Source of the DNA: Piromyces finnis finn
Lineage: Eukaryota; Fungi; Neocallimastigomycota
Assembly: GCA_002104945.1 (NCBI GenBank)
Contig: MCFH01000033.1
Coordinates: forward strand, 248,001-312,000
Direction of reading: 5' to 3'
DNA length: 64,000 nucleotides
The first letter of the stretch is position 1. Each line of letters starts with the position of its first letter. The translations under genes were made by a program, and so were the position numbers. Of this stretch, positions 52,173 through 64,000 are shown piece after piece. Below the pieces are notes generated by a model. It had not been told where the DNA came from and did no database searches. It worked only from the letters and a program-made list of their open reading frames with translations.

Positions 52173-54245
52173 ATGGTTAGAATCGAAAGACTTATCAGTT
52201 ATTTATCTAATGAAAAAAATAATGAAGATATTCTTGGCGAATCCATATTATTCAAGGAAAAATTCAATTATAGAAGAGAAGAAAATAATATAATTAATCC
52301 AACAAGTGATATGAAAAATGCTAGTTATCCAACTAAAAATCGTCGCTCTCCAGCATTCTATCGCGGAAAATTATTGAATGGTTATCAATGTAAAAAATCA
52401 AGCTTACATTATTCCTTCACTGCCGATTCTTTAATCACAGAATCTGACAATAAATCAGAAGATATCATTCCAACCATAGAAATGACAGCTGTCCCAAAGA
52501 AAACTAAATCCTCCAAGGGATTCTTCTCTTCCCTAACTAAAAAATTATTACCAACAAAACGCTCATCTATCTCAAGAAAATACTCAAACCATATTTGTAA
52601 TGGAAAATCCATTTCTAAACAAAAAACTAAATACTATAATAATAATCACTCATTGAACAACAAATATATAATTAATATACCCATGCAAGTCATCGAAACT
52701 TTATATACTATATCCTTTACGAAACACTCTTATTATATTCAACGTTCCTTAAGAAGAAGTACAATGATTGTAAACTTAATTACTAGATTTAGAAATACGT
52801 ATGAAGAACTTCGTGAAATCGATGTTCCAAAACTTAAAAGAAGAATATCTTTCAAGAAACGCGTTCCAACCAACAAACAAGTAAAAAAATCCGATCAACC
52901 AAGAGAAGGAAGTTTAATTGAATTAAGAGAAGAAAGAAGAGCAAGATATTGCTCCATTTTTGGAAATCAATTACCTTATTATAATAATTATTCTAGTTAC
53001 GCAACTTATGGAAATGGTATGGATGATAATACATTTGTTTCCAATGCTGCTACCACCATCAGTCATACCAATCCAAGACGTAAAAAGAAGATTCCAAAGA
53101 AGCCATTACTTGAATTTGGTGAATGTGAATCTCTTCCATCTATCCCAGTTAGTGCTGCTGGCTATAAGGTGAATCAATACTTGACTTGTCATAAGGAAGC
53201 CGAAAGAAAGAAATTGAAACCAATCAAGAGTATCGATAAGGAATTATGTCTTATTTTCAATAAAGAATATATACCAGAAGATGAAATCCAACAACAACAA
53301 CAACAGCAACCAAATGAAAATGAAATGATGATTAAGATGGATGAACCATCCATGAATGAAGATCTTCCACAAGAAACTGCCTCCCCAATATTCTCTCTTT
53401 CATCTAATGATGAAGAAGAAGAAGATTCATTTGTAAAAGAATCAAATGAACCAAATCCAGAAGATCTTTCAGTATTTTCCGATACTGACAGGGAAGAAAG
53501 AAAGGAAGAAAACGAAATTGAAAATGAAAAACCATCAGAAATAATTCCATCACCATCCTCTATTACTACAAAGGTAAACATTGAAAAGGATGATCGTAGA
53601 GAAAGAAAAAGAATTTCTGAAGGTACCTTATATAATGAAGCATTGGATGAAACTCATCCAAGTAATATTTCTGCTGAAAGTAATAGTTCGGACAAGACAT
53701 TAAAGGATGAAGATCTTCCTACCTTGACAACAACAAATAATTCATCCTTTATTATTATGGATGATGCTATCAATACTATTAGTTTCCCAATAGAAGAAAA
53801 AGATTCCAATAATGAAGATGAAGGTGAAGAAGAAGAAGAAGAAGAACCTTCATTTATCTTAAAACTTAATGATTCTTATCTTTTCAAGAATAAGAATGAA
53901 AAATCTTTTTCTCTTACCGAATCCTTTTTATTAAGTAACAATAGTAATGAAAGCATTATACCAGAACATATGTCAAATTTCTTATTAAATAAAACTAATA
54001 TCTCGGTTGGTGAAAGTGATTTCTTTAGTGATTCTATGTCTATATTGAACAATAGTATCCTAAATGAATCCTTTTCATTAACCCTTGATTCCTACGGAGA
54101 AGAAGGCAAAAGCCAATCTTCAATAAAAGACACCTCCTCTTTTATAAAAAAAGAGGAAAGGCCATTAAATAGAATTGACTCTGGAATTGATTTAAGTGGT
54201 ATGAACACTATCAATATTTTAATGGCAAATCAATGCCAAGTCTAA
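52173..54245 (+). CDS. Intronless 690-aa, largely disordered protein (basic N-half, acidic C-half) with a possible Zds_C-like motif
   Basis: A long uninterrupted ORF in very AT-rich DNA is unlikely by chance. The segment PMQVIETLYTISFTKHSYYIQRSLRRSTMIVNLI resembles the Zds1 C-terminal motif. Confidence 0.75.
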   Translation: MVRIERLISYLSNEKNNEDILGESILFKEKFNYRREENNIINPTSDMKNASYPTKNRRSPAFYRGKLLNGYQCKKSSLHYSFTADSLITESDNKSEDIIPTIEMTAVPKKTKSSKGFFSSLTKKLLPTKRSSISRKYSNHICNGKSISKQKTKYYNNNHSLNNKYIINIPMQVIETLYTISFTKHSYYIQRSLRRSTMIVNLITRFRNTYEELREIDVPKLKRRISFKKRVPTNKQVKKSDQPREGSLIELREERRARYCSIFGNQLPYYNNYSSYATYGNGMDDNTFVSNAATTISHTNPRRKKKIPKKPLLEFGECESLPSIPVSAAGYKVNQYLTCHKEAERKKLKPIKSIDKELCLIFNKEYIPEDEIQQQQQQQPNENEMMIKMDEPSMNEDLPQETASPIFSLSSNDEEEEDSFVKESNEPNPEDLSVFSDTDREERKEENEIENEKPSEIIPSPSSITTKVNIEKDDRRERKRISEGTLYNEALDETHPSNISAESNSSDKTLKDEDLPTLTTTNNSSFIIMDDAINTISFPIEEKDSNNEDEGEEEEEEEPSFILKLNDSYLFKNKNEKSFSLTESFLLSNNSNESIIPEHMSNFLLNKTNISVGESDFFSDSMSILNNSILNESFSLTLDSYGEEGKSQSSIKDTSSFIKKEERPLNRIDSGIDLSGMNTINILMANQCQV

Positions 54246-55289
54246 TATTTACTATGGAAAAAAATAAGATTTTTTGGTCATTTTAAAAAATAAATCCTTG
54301 AAAAAAAAAGCAGAAACGTCACACCATTAAAAGAACACATACAACACACACAAACTTTTCCTTACACACCTATTGCACACACACAATACGCATTTTTATA
54401 CCGTTAAAGGAATAAAAAAAATTAACTTTATTTTTAATAAAATTATTAATTTAAAAAAAAAAAAGAAATTATCTATCTATAGATGCGCATAAATATTATC
54501 TATACATAATTTCAAGTCTTGCACTTTTTTTTTTTATATTTATTTGATAATGAATATAAATAATTTATATAAAAAGCAATTAAAATTTTAATAAAATAAA
54601 AATATTATAATCAATATGGTTTATTTATTTTTTAATTTTAACTTTAAAAAAATTAATAATTTTAATTGTTTTTTTTTTTTTTTTCCTTTTTCCTTTTTTT
54701 CCATCATCATTCTATTAAAAAAATATTTAAAGAAAAGAAAGAAAAAAAAAAAAAAAAAAAAAAAACGTTTATTTATTTATTAAAAACAAAACAAAAAAGA
54801 AACTAATTTTTTTTTATTCTTTGAATTACTAAAGAGTTCATTAGTTCTCTTTAAAAAAAAACTAGTTTTTAGTGGAGAACTAATAAAACTCGCTACCACC
54901 ATTCTTTATTTTTTTTTTTAATTAAAAAAAGACTGCCTACTCCTAAAAAGAAAACTACAGAATACAAAAAAAAAATAAATTTCAAATTAAAAAAACAACA
55001 TCGTTGGTATTTATATATGTAAAAAAAAAAAAAAAAAAAAACCAACTTTTACACAATAACAATTACTAAAATAAGTGCAAACCAAAAAAACTTTAAATAA
55101 TATCTATTAAAAAAAAAAATAAAATAAAATGAAATAAAAAAAATTTGACTTTTTCAAAACCAAAAAAAAAAAAGGCCTTTTTTTTTTTTTTTTTAATTTC
55201 TATCTCTTCACTATTCTTTTTTTTTTTTCTTTAAAATTTTTTATTCTTAAAAAAAAGATTTTACTTTATTTTTATACTTTTCAAATTCC

Positions 55290-55324
<35 letters not shown>

Positions 55325-58198
55325 AATTCAATCATTTAACTTTAAAAAAATTTCCTTTTGTGATCATTTTTCTTTTATATTAAAAAAAAAAAAAAAAAAT
55401 AAATTAATATATATATTAATGACCATATTAAATTTTGAAAAAGTTAAATTATTTTTCTCTTTTTATTATTATTAGTGTTATTGCTAAAAAAAAAAAAAAG
55501 GAATAATAATTTATTATTGAAAGAAAACAGGATTAAGAAAAAAAAAAGTTAATATAAAGGATTTATTTTTAACAACAACAACAACAAAAAAAAAAAAAAT
55601 AGTTAGTACATTAGAAAACTGTAATTTTTTATTTTTTTTTAACATAAAAAAAAATTTCATTTCTATATAAAATAGATTAATGTAACATATACATTAAACA
55701 ATGACTAATACCTACAATATTAAAAATAGGTATTCACTACAGCATAATATTAATAAATAATAATTAAATAATAAAAAAAGCAATGAATGTTTTTTTTTTT
55801 TTGTTTTACATTAATATATGATCATAATGTAACAGTATATATTTTTTATAAAGATTTTTTTTATTTTTATTATTATTTTTTTTTTTGCTATAAGCTTTCT
55901 ATACTATTTCTTTTTTTTAAATAGTATTATTCTAATGATTTAAAAATACCTTTTTATTATACTTTTACTTATTACATTTATTGTTTTTTTTTTTCTTTAT
56001 AGTTTTAATTCGTTGGTTGTTTGGCTGGATTTTTTTTTTTTTTTTATTTTCCGTTTTCTTTTTATCTTGTTACATTTAAAAGGAAAAAATTTTTTTTATT
56101 AATAATTAAAGTATAATTAACTATTTAATTAAACTTTTATGAAAAAAAAAAAAAAGTTATTTTAGAATATCCTTTTTTTCTATTGATGACAAGACCTATA
56201 GAATAATAATTATTCAATATATACAATTAAAAAAAGTGTTTCTTTTTCTTTCATTCTTTCATCCTTCATTCTCAGTAATAATGACAAGGAATAATAGTAA
56301 AAAAAAAAAAAAAAAAAAAGGATAAATTTGTTAGATCAAAGATTTGTATGTTTCAGGTAAAATAAAAATTTTTTTAGATTGAAACAATTGAAACAAATAT
56401 TATTTTTTTAAAGTTAATGTTGCCACACATTCATTTTATTATTAAATATTAAAATTGAATGCAAAAGGAGAGGTGAAATACTTGCAGGAATGAAAGACAT
56501 AAAAGTGAAAAATAAAAAGACTATAAAATATAGTTTAGAAGAATAAAATGAATTTTTTTTTTTATTATTTATTAATTCTATTTATATAAATCTTTTTGAA
56601 TTATAATTATAATCAGAATTGATTAAGGTTATGATGCTATTGATCCTTTTTCCTTTTTTTTTTTATTACAATAGGTTCACTCTTTTTTTTTTTAAAAAAG
56701 GTTTATATTATCAATAAAAAAATCACATGTTTCATATTATTTTAAATAACCGCCAATATTCTCATAAATAATAATAGTTTCATTCCTTCCAAGAGATGCG
56801 GGATATCGTCCGATTCCTTATAGATGATATGAAATTAATATGTCTAGCTACATATTAGCCAATATTTAAAATAATTTTTATTATTTAAAATATTCAATTT
56901 CATCTTTAAAAATTTATATATAATATTTCATAATAATATAATAATTGATATATATTATAATACATTATTTATATATTTATATATTAGTTATAGAATTCAT
57001 GTACATATTTCATTATATTCTTAAATATTAATATTATATATTAGTATTAATTTTATTGTAATACTTATTTGTATTACATTACCTTTCCTTATATAGTAAT
57101 ATTTCATATAAAATGTAAAATATATTATATTATATCCTATTTAATTATTATTCATATATTATGAATACATTACATTATATAATTGATATTCAATTATATT
57201 ATAGGAATTTTATAATATAAAAATATTCATGTAAAAATAATTAATAATTAGAAAGGGAAGAGCTTTAATAATTAATAAGAAAATATTATAAGTGAAATTA
57301 TTAATAAGAGAGAAGTTAATAGTAATAAAATATTTTTCACCTAATATAATAAATTATAAATAAACTAATATTAAATTACTACAACATAAAAGAAACTTAT
57401 ATCATAGATGTTATCACATGATATACTTAAAAATTGATAGTATTAATATTTTTATGGTATCAAGTGACAAATATCACATGATACTCTCTCATGACATACA
57501 TTTTGATACATTTTCTTTTTTTTTTTTTTTTTTGTTGTAGCTAGTAGTAATAGTAATGGTGTAAAAAAAAAAAAGTAATAGTAATGGTGATAATTACAGA
57601 ATTATGAATAGAGTAAAGGCCATAAAGGTTTTTTTTTTTTTTTAAAATTTTTAATTACAAATTAAGTAATATATTATATTATTTTAATCTGTAGGAAAAG
57701 AATTTGAATTCATTTCATCCTATGAAATAATTCTTGTTTTTTATTTTAATGCGTTATGCATTTTGTTGAATAATTTGATGGAATATTATGCTGACAAAAA
57801 AAAAAAAATGTTGACTTTATTAAAACTTAAAAATGATATTTTTTATTATAAATTTTATCCAACTTTTATTGTAGGATAATGATGTTTCTTTGGTAATGGA
57901 ATAATTTAACTCTATGAAAGTGTACGGCAGGTTGAAAAAAAAGTCAACATTGTATGTTATTTTTGAAAATAGAATTCAAATGAATATATATATATATGTA
58001 TATATTTTTTATTAAATGGTTTTATTAATTCAATGGACGCTTCACAAATTTTATTTCATTTATAAAATGATTAAAAAAAAAAAAAGTTTTTATAATTAAT
58101 ATTTTTCTTGGTTTTAATATATTTTAATAGATATTATTTAATATTTTATTATTATTATAAATATTATTTAAATTATTACCTACTAGAGATCTTTAATT

Positions 58199-58313
58199 TT
58201 ATTATTTATAACTATCATTATTAGTAATAGCAATCTGTTATATTATTATTATTATTATTTATAACTATCATTATTAGTAATAGCAATCTGTTATATTATT
58301 ATTATTATTATTT
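58199..58313. repeat. Direct tandem duplication, 53-bp unit x2
   Basis: ataactatcattattagtaatagcaatctgttatattattattattatt begins at 58208 and again at 58261. Confidence 0.9.
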
Positions 58314-60130
58314 ATATTAATATCATTTATCTTTCATATTATTAATATTCATTTGTCATAGTATCATTTATATTATTATTTTCCATTATGGAACAACAAT
58401 AACAATAGGTATTTAATATAAATATCATAAAAATACTAGTGATTTTATTGGCTTGAATTGACAGCTTTTCTTGTTCAATTATAATTTAATATAAAATTTT
58501 ATTATATTTTTATTTTCATTAACCTATAAACTTTTTTGTCATCCTTTAATTCTTGGTATTTCTTTGAAATTTAATTATACATTTTATTTTATTTCATTTT
58601 CCTTTTCATATTAATACATAATAAATAGGAATATTGTAGACAATAGAAAATAATAATAATAAAAAAAAAAGAAACATTAAAATAAACATTTTATTTATTG
58701 TTATTTATCACATCTTTTCATTTTTTTTTTAATATATGTGTATAAATATTTTTATAATTTTTAAAGTTTGTGTCACTTTGATAACTTTTATGTGTCATTA
58801 TCCTTCGTATGCCACCTACATCATACCACATCATACCACATCATAATATGGTATCATAAAAAAGAAATCCTATAGAAATCCTAAATATTTAATTTTGTTT
58901 ATTCATTTAAAATTCTTGTTCTTGGATAGTTTTATTAGGGTATGAAACCTTTTTTTTTTTATAATAAAACTATGCTATTAAAGGTACAAATCATAGTGGC
59001 ATATAGATAATGTAGTAAAAGATTTAAAGAAAAGCTAATCCAATATTCACATAGTAAATAGATATTCTAATTTAAAGAATAAATAAAATAAATAAAATAA
59101 AATTATTTACTTTATTCATTCTATATATCCTGAATTAATATCAACATCTCTTTTTTCTTTTTTTTTTTTTTTTTAATATAATATATTTAATCATTTAATT
59201 ATTAATAATAATAATAATAATTTTTTTTTTTAACTATTATTTAATTATTTTAATGAGATTTAAATTTGGTCAGGATAGTTGATACTCTTTCATTTTCCAT
59301 TCCATTCCTTTTCTTTTGCTTTTTTTTTTCTTCTTATTATTGATTTAAATAAGTATACGTTTTATCTATGTGAAACAAACTATACCTGTCATTACACCAT
59401 TAATAATTAATAATAAATAAAGTTTTTTTTTTGACAATTATGAATAAAAAAATAAAAAAATAAAAAAAATAAATAAAAATCTTATTGCTTAGTATTTCAA
59501 TTAAAAATGAGTTTTTTTTTTATTTTCCAATAGCTTTTTCTGATTCATAGAATTTCTTGTCTTTGTTCTTTAATTAAATTATATTTATTCTTTCCTTTTT
59601 TAATTTAAATTTAAAAAACAATTAAATATTAAAAAAGTTAATAATTAAACAAAACAAAACAATATATCAATAATTAATAATTAAAATTATGATAATAAAA
59701 AAAAAAATATGGTTGTATATAAAAAGGTAACACTGTCTTTTTTTTTTTTTATTATTGTATGATAAAAATTTTTATTTATTTGATTTTATAAATAAAATAG
59801 ATAAATAATAAAAACTATATCATTTACCTACCTATATAATATATATAATATATATAATATATATAATTATAATACATATATTTAAATATATAACGTATAA
59901 TATATTAATTAAATAAAATAAATAAATTAATACATATACATATTAATACATATTAATTATTAAATATATAAATATATTTATTAAAAAGAATAAAGACTTG
60001 AAATAATAATAATAAAATAAAAAAAAAAAACAGCAATAAAATTATATAAATATAAATAATTCTTATTAAAAAAAGGGTTTATATTCGTCACTTCGTCACT
60101 TCATTTTATTAAAATAATTAAAAAAAAAAA

Positions 60131-62038
60131 ATGAAATTTTCAAAGGTATTAACTTTAGCTACTTGTTTAGTAGCTTCTAGTTTTGTAGCTTCAGAAATTA
60201 CACTAACTGCTGGTCCAGTGACTTGTGAATATAAAAAAAAGGATTTGGAAACCTCTTATCTTGCTTCCGATAATAATATTAATTGTAGTGGTACTTCTTG
60301 TACAGTTAATGGTGTAGGTGCTACTTCTTCTAATGGAATTGTAAATATTACTCAAGCAGGAACTTACATTGTTAAAGGTTCTTTACAAGGTCAACTTCGT
60401 ATTGAAGCTAGTAAAGAAGATTTTATACATCTTATTTTGGATAGTGCTACTATTTCTAGTGCTAGTGGTCCTGCTATTTATGGTGTTAATGCTGATAAAG
60501 TTACTATTACTCTTGTAGGTAATAATAAACTTGTAGATTCAACAAATTATGCGGTCGTTAATGAAGAACCAGATGCCTGTCTTTTTGTAGACGCTGATCT
60601 TTCTATTAATGGTTCCGGTAGCTTAAATGTAACTGGTAATTATGCCGATGCTATTCGATGCAAAAAGGATTTAAGACTTGTTAGTGGTGAAGTCACCGTT
60701 CCAAAAGCTACTTTAAGAGGTATCAAGGCTAAAAATTCTATTTGTGTAAAGGATGCCACCCTCGACATTACCTCAACTGATACTGGTATAAAGGTTACAA
60801 GAGATGATGATCCAAATAAGGGTTATGTTGTCATTGACGGTGGAGATATTGCTGTCACCACCAATAAAAAGGGTATTCATGCCGAAACTCATTTAACCAT
60901 CAATAATGGTACCATCGATATTAAAAATTGTCAGGAAGGTTTAGAGGCTCAAATGATCGATATTCTTGGTGGTGAAACTAAAATATTTTCTACCGATGAT
61001 GGCATTAACGCTTCAAAAATCTCTTCCGGTAACTCTAGTGGTGGATGGAGAGGAGGTATGAGCCAATCTAGTGGTGGTAGTGCCTATGTAAATATTGTTG
61101 GTGGTAAAACTACAATTAATCTTCAAGGTTCTGATCTTGATGGTATTGATTCTAATGGTGATCTTTACATTGGTGGTCAGGCTGAAGTTTATGTTAGTAA
61201 TCAAGGTGGTGCTATCTATGGTAATATGGCCGCCTTTGATGCTGATGGTATCAATGCTATTAGTGCTGGTGCTACTATCCTTGCTACTGCTGGTGGTAGT
61301 AGTGGTGGAGGTTTTGGTGGTAATAATGGTGGTAATAATGGTGGATGGAACCGTCCATGGAAACGTCAATTTACAAGACCAGGTGGTCCAGGTGGTTTTG
61401 GTGGAGAAACTGGTAGTGTTTATCAACCTTATATTCATACCTCCATTACAACTCAAGGTGCTGGTACAACTGTCACCATCAAGGATAGTAATAATGATAT
61501 CATTGCTACATTTACTCCAATTAATTCTTATTCCTCCATTCTTGTCACTTCACCAAAAATGGTAGCTGGTCAAACCTATACTATTATTACTGGTAGTACT
61601 TCTCAAACTGCTACTGCTTCTGACGCTGCTTCTGGTAGTGTTAATCCACCATCCGTGACATCTCCTTCACAAGGTAGTTCATCTTCTGCTTCATCTACCA
61701 CTCGTACCATTACTCGTACTACTACAGCTACAGCTAAACCAACTGGATCTTCATCTTGTTCTCAATCTATTTTAAATCAAGGTTATTCATGCTGCTCCAG
61801 CGGTTGTGAAGTTATCTATACCGATTCTGATGGTACTTGGGGTGTTGAAAATAATCAATGGTGTGGTTGTGATGCATCCTCTTCTAATGCTACCACTCCA
61901 AATACTTGTCCAAGCACCATTACCTCTCAAGGTTATTCATGTTGTAGTCCAAACAATTGTAGCATTTATTATGTTGATGAAGCCGGTAATTGGGGTGTTG
62001 AAAACAATCAATGGTGTGGTATTTCCAATAGTTGTTAA
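60131..62038 (+). CDS. Secreted Cthe_2159-like (DUF4353) beta-helix carbohydrate-binding protein with two C-terminal CBM10/fungal dockerin domains
   Basis: Signal peptide, then VNITQAGTYIVKGSLQGQLRIEA, TISSASGPAIY, ACLFVDADLSINGSGSLNVTGNYADAI, KGIHAE, CQEGLEA, DDGINAS and DGIDSNG, which are typical of Cthe_2159 repeats. A S/T linker leads to CSQSILNQGYSCC...WGVENNQWCG and CPSTITSQGYSCC...WGVENNQWCG. Intronless. Confidence 0.9.
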   Translation: MKFSKVLTLATCLVASSFVASEITLTAGPVTCEYKKKDLETSYLASDNNINCSGTSCTVNGVGATSSNGIVNITQAGTYIVKGSLQGQLRIEASKEDFIHLILDSATISSASGPAIYGVNADKVTITLVGNNKLVDSTNYAVVNEEPDACLFVDADLSINGSGSLNVTGNYADAIRCKKDLRLVSGEVTVPKATLRGIKAKNSICVKDATLDITSTDTGIKVTRDDDPNKGYVVIDGGDIAVTTNKKGIHAETHLTINNGTIDIKNCQEGLEAQMIDILGGETKIFSTDDGINASKISSGNSSGGWRGGMSQSSGGSAYVNIVGGKTTINLQGSDLDGIDSNGDLYIGGQAEVYVSNQGGAIYGNMAAFDADGINAISAGATILATAGGSSGGGFGGNNGGNNGGWNRPWKRQFTRPGGPGGFGGETGSVYQPYIHTSITTQGAGTTVTIKDSNNDIIATFTPINSYSSILVTSPKMVAGQTYTIITGSTSQTATASDAASGSVNPPSVTSPSQGSSSSASSTTRTITRTTTATAKPTGSSSCSQSILNQGYSCCSSGCEVIYTDSDGTWGVENNQWCGCDASSSNATTPNTCPSTITSQGYSCCSPNNCSIYYVDEAGNWGVENNQWCGISNSC

Positions 62039-62822
62039 AGAAAAAAAAAAGTATAATATATAATATATAATTTTTTTTAGTTTATATTAGCTTTTTTTTT
62101 TTTTTTAAAAAAAAAAGATTCAAAATTTGAACTATCTCATAATTTATTATAGGTTAGAAAATAAAATTTGGGAACTTTTATAATTCATTATAGATAGAAT
62201 TAAAATTGAATCTCTTATAGATTTGAAATATTATATATCACCATATTTTATATTTTATATGATATTTATATATAATATTATAAACAATATTTTTTTTCTT
62301 CTTTTTTTTTTTTTTTTAAAAAAAGAGAAAAATTAAAAAAAAAAAATTTTTATATCAAAAATAAGTAAAATCTTTGTATATATATATAAAGATTATATTA
62401 AAGATTTATTAATATATTGTAATTATTTTCCTATATTTTTATCATTTTATATATTATATATATATATATACATCTTTTGTAAACTATTATAGTAAATAAA
62501 TAAATAAATAAATTATAAATATATATATCGACAACAAAAGGAATAATCAACGAATTTAAATAATATGTTTAATTTTTTATGATGTTTATTTTGTAATTTA
62601 GTAAATTATAAATATATCAGATATAAAAAAAGTTATAATATCTTATAAAAATAAATATACATATATATATTTTAATATTTTTTAATATAAATCAATAAAA
62701 TCAATAATATTACTAATATATTCATATAAAGAAAGAAAAAACGATTTTTTTTTAAAAAGTATACAATTTCTTTTTCATTATTTACATTAATTTGTATATT
62801 TCAAAAATTTATGTTGAAAAGT

Positions 62823-64000
62823 TTATGAATTACGAGGGGTTTGTAGTTGGATTTGGGAGGATTGTACAATTTGGGAATGACTACCCGCTGAATAATTACA
62901 TGTGGATATTGGTGTATTTTTGGATGTATTACTTTCCATTCCTGCATTGTAATGACAATTGACAACCTTTGATATAAGGGATGGGGTTGATCCATTTTTA
63001 GTTATATTGTTATTTGATTTGCTACAAGTACGGGAAGAAAGCGTGGTACTTCTAATATTACTTAATTCTGAATCATCTTCTTCTAATTTCCATAAAAATC
63101 TTATATCAAATAACAATATAAAGTTTGAAATCGAAATTAAAGTGTATAATAACCAATGAGTAATAAAGTAGATGTTGAAACTATTAATGTTTAAACTATT
63201 GATTATATCTAGTAATAATAATAAAAACATATAGACAACAATGGAAGATTGTATTGCTCTTATATCTTTAATTACTCTTGCCATATGCCATTCTAAAAAG
63301 GCATAGAAAGAAAGAGTTACAAACATGGCCACTTCTTCTAATATTAATACAATAGTAATAAGAGATTTATCACCACTACAAACTCTAAAGTTTTTTCCAT
63401 GTTCTACTTTAAAATTAACTGCTTTAATTGGTGCTGTAAATGATAATCCACATAATATAATATTTAATGCAACCATTGCGAGTAAAAATACATATCTTTT
63501 AGAATCAAGCCATATGGATAATCGGGTTTTTATTGGTGAAATTATAACTAATCGATAGAGTAAAGGGGTGTAGGTGAAAACTAAACCGAATACTCTAAAT
63601 ATATATTTGGTGCGACATTTGAAATCCGAGATAGTACCATATTCCAAAAAACTCATACTCATATATAAAATAGATCCGAAAATAATTAAAAACCAGAAAT
63701 CTTTTGGTAAAAAGGCAAATTTTGGTTTGAAATCTTTTTTAAAAATTAAAGTATATGATAGTATCATAATTATGATGAACAAAATGGTGAGTATTAATGA
63801 AACAAAACCAAAGGATGATTCTTTTGGGTTAATTGAGATAGAATAATAGGCAATTAAATCATTGACATTATTTAATGCTTCAGCTGCTGTAAGATTACCA
63901 TTTAAAAATTGAAGAACATTTCTTCTAAAACCATACGAAAATTCGTCATAATCATCTGTTTCAAAACTAGGTCTTGCAATTGGTTGAAATTGTTTCTCTG
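62823..64000 (-). CDS. 3' part of a class C-like (7tm_3) GPCR preceded by the C-terminus of an extracellular solute-binding domain; 5' part outside the window
   Basis: The frame is open from the window edge: EKQFQPIARPSFETDDYDEFSYGFRRNVLQFLNGNLTAAEALNNVNDLIAYYSISINPKESSFG. About 7 hydrophobic helices follow, with CRTKYIFRVFGLVFTYTPLLYRL, GKNFRVC and FLEWHMARVIKDIRAI, then a S/T-rich tail. This fits the binding-protein-7TM receptors expanded in anaerobic fungi. Confidence 0.75.
   Translation of the reverse strand, partial: EKQFQPIARPSFETDDYDEFSYGFRRNVLQFLNGNLTAAEALNNVNDLIAYYSISINPKESSFGFVSLILTILFIIIMILSYTLIFKKDFKPKFAFLPKDFWFLIIFGSILYMSMSFLEYGTISDFKCRTKYIFRVFGLVFTYTPLLYRLVIISPIKTRLSIWLDSKRYVFLLAMVALNIILCGLSFTAPIKAVNFKVEHGKNFRVCSGDKSLITIVLILEEVAMFVTLSFYAFLEWHMARVIKDIRAIQSSIVVYMFLLLLLDIINSLNINSFNIYFITHWLLYTLISISNFILLFDIRFLWKLEEDDSELSNIRSTTLSSRTCSKSNNNITKNGSTPSLISKVVNCHYNAGMESNTSKNTPISTCNYSAGSHSQIVQSSQIQLQTPRNS

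Noticed and set aside
56795-56820. gcgggatatcgtccgattcc, similar to a tRNA B-box
   Set aside because: It deviates from GTTCRA, and no cloverleaf or A-box could be built.
61013-62063. Alternate-frame ORFs over the Cthe_2159 gene
   Set aside because: Shadows of the Gly/Thr-rich coding sequence.

Overview
Extremely AT-rich, intron-containing eukaryotic DNA. The paired CBM10/fungal dockerin domains, a Cthe_2159-like gene and a binding-protein-fused 7TM receptor point to an anaerobic gut fungus (Neocallimastigomycota). About 15 protein genes can be supported: RPN13, BFR1-like, SSB-type Hsp70, a small unknown gene, a multi-exon CatSper epsilon/delta-like gene, two tandem M35 metallopeptidases, a DMA1-like FHA-RING ligase, ARMC2, PHO84, glutaredoxin, Derlin, a low-complexity protein with a possible Zds_C motif, a Cthe_2159-like protein with two dockerins, and the 3' part of a class C-like GPCR cut by the window edge. 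The main finding is the gene at 13385-17720 (-). The ORF track shows only fragments of it. Spliced by hand it gives an essentially full-length homologue of the sperm Ca2+ channel auxiliary subunit CatSper-epsilon, in a fungus with flagellated zoospores and no known sexual stage. All homology calls come from motifs recalled from memory, not from database searches. Exon borders were read manually.
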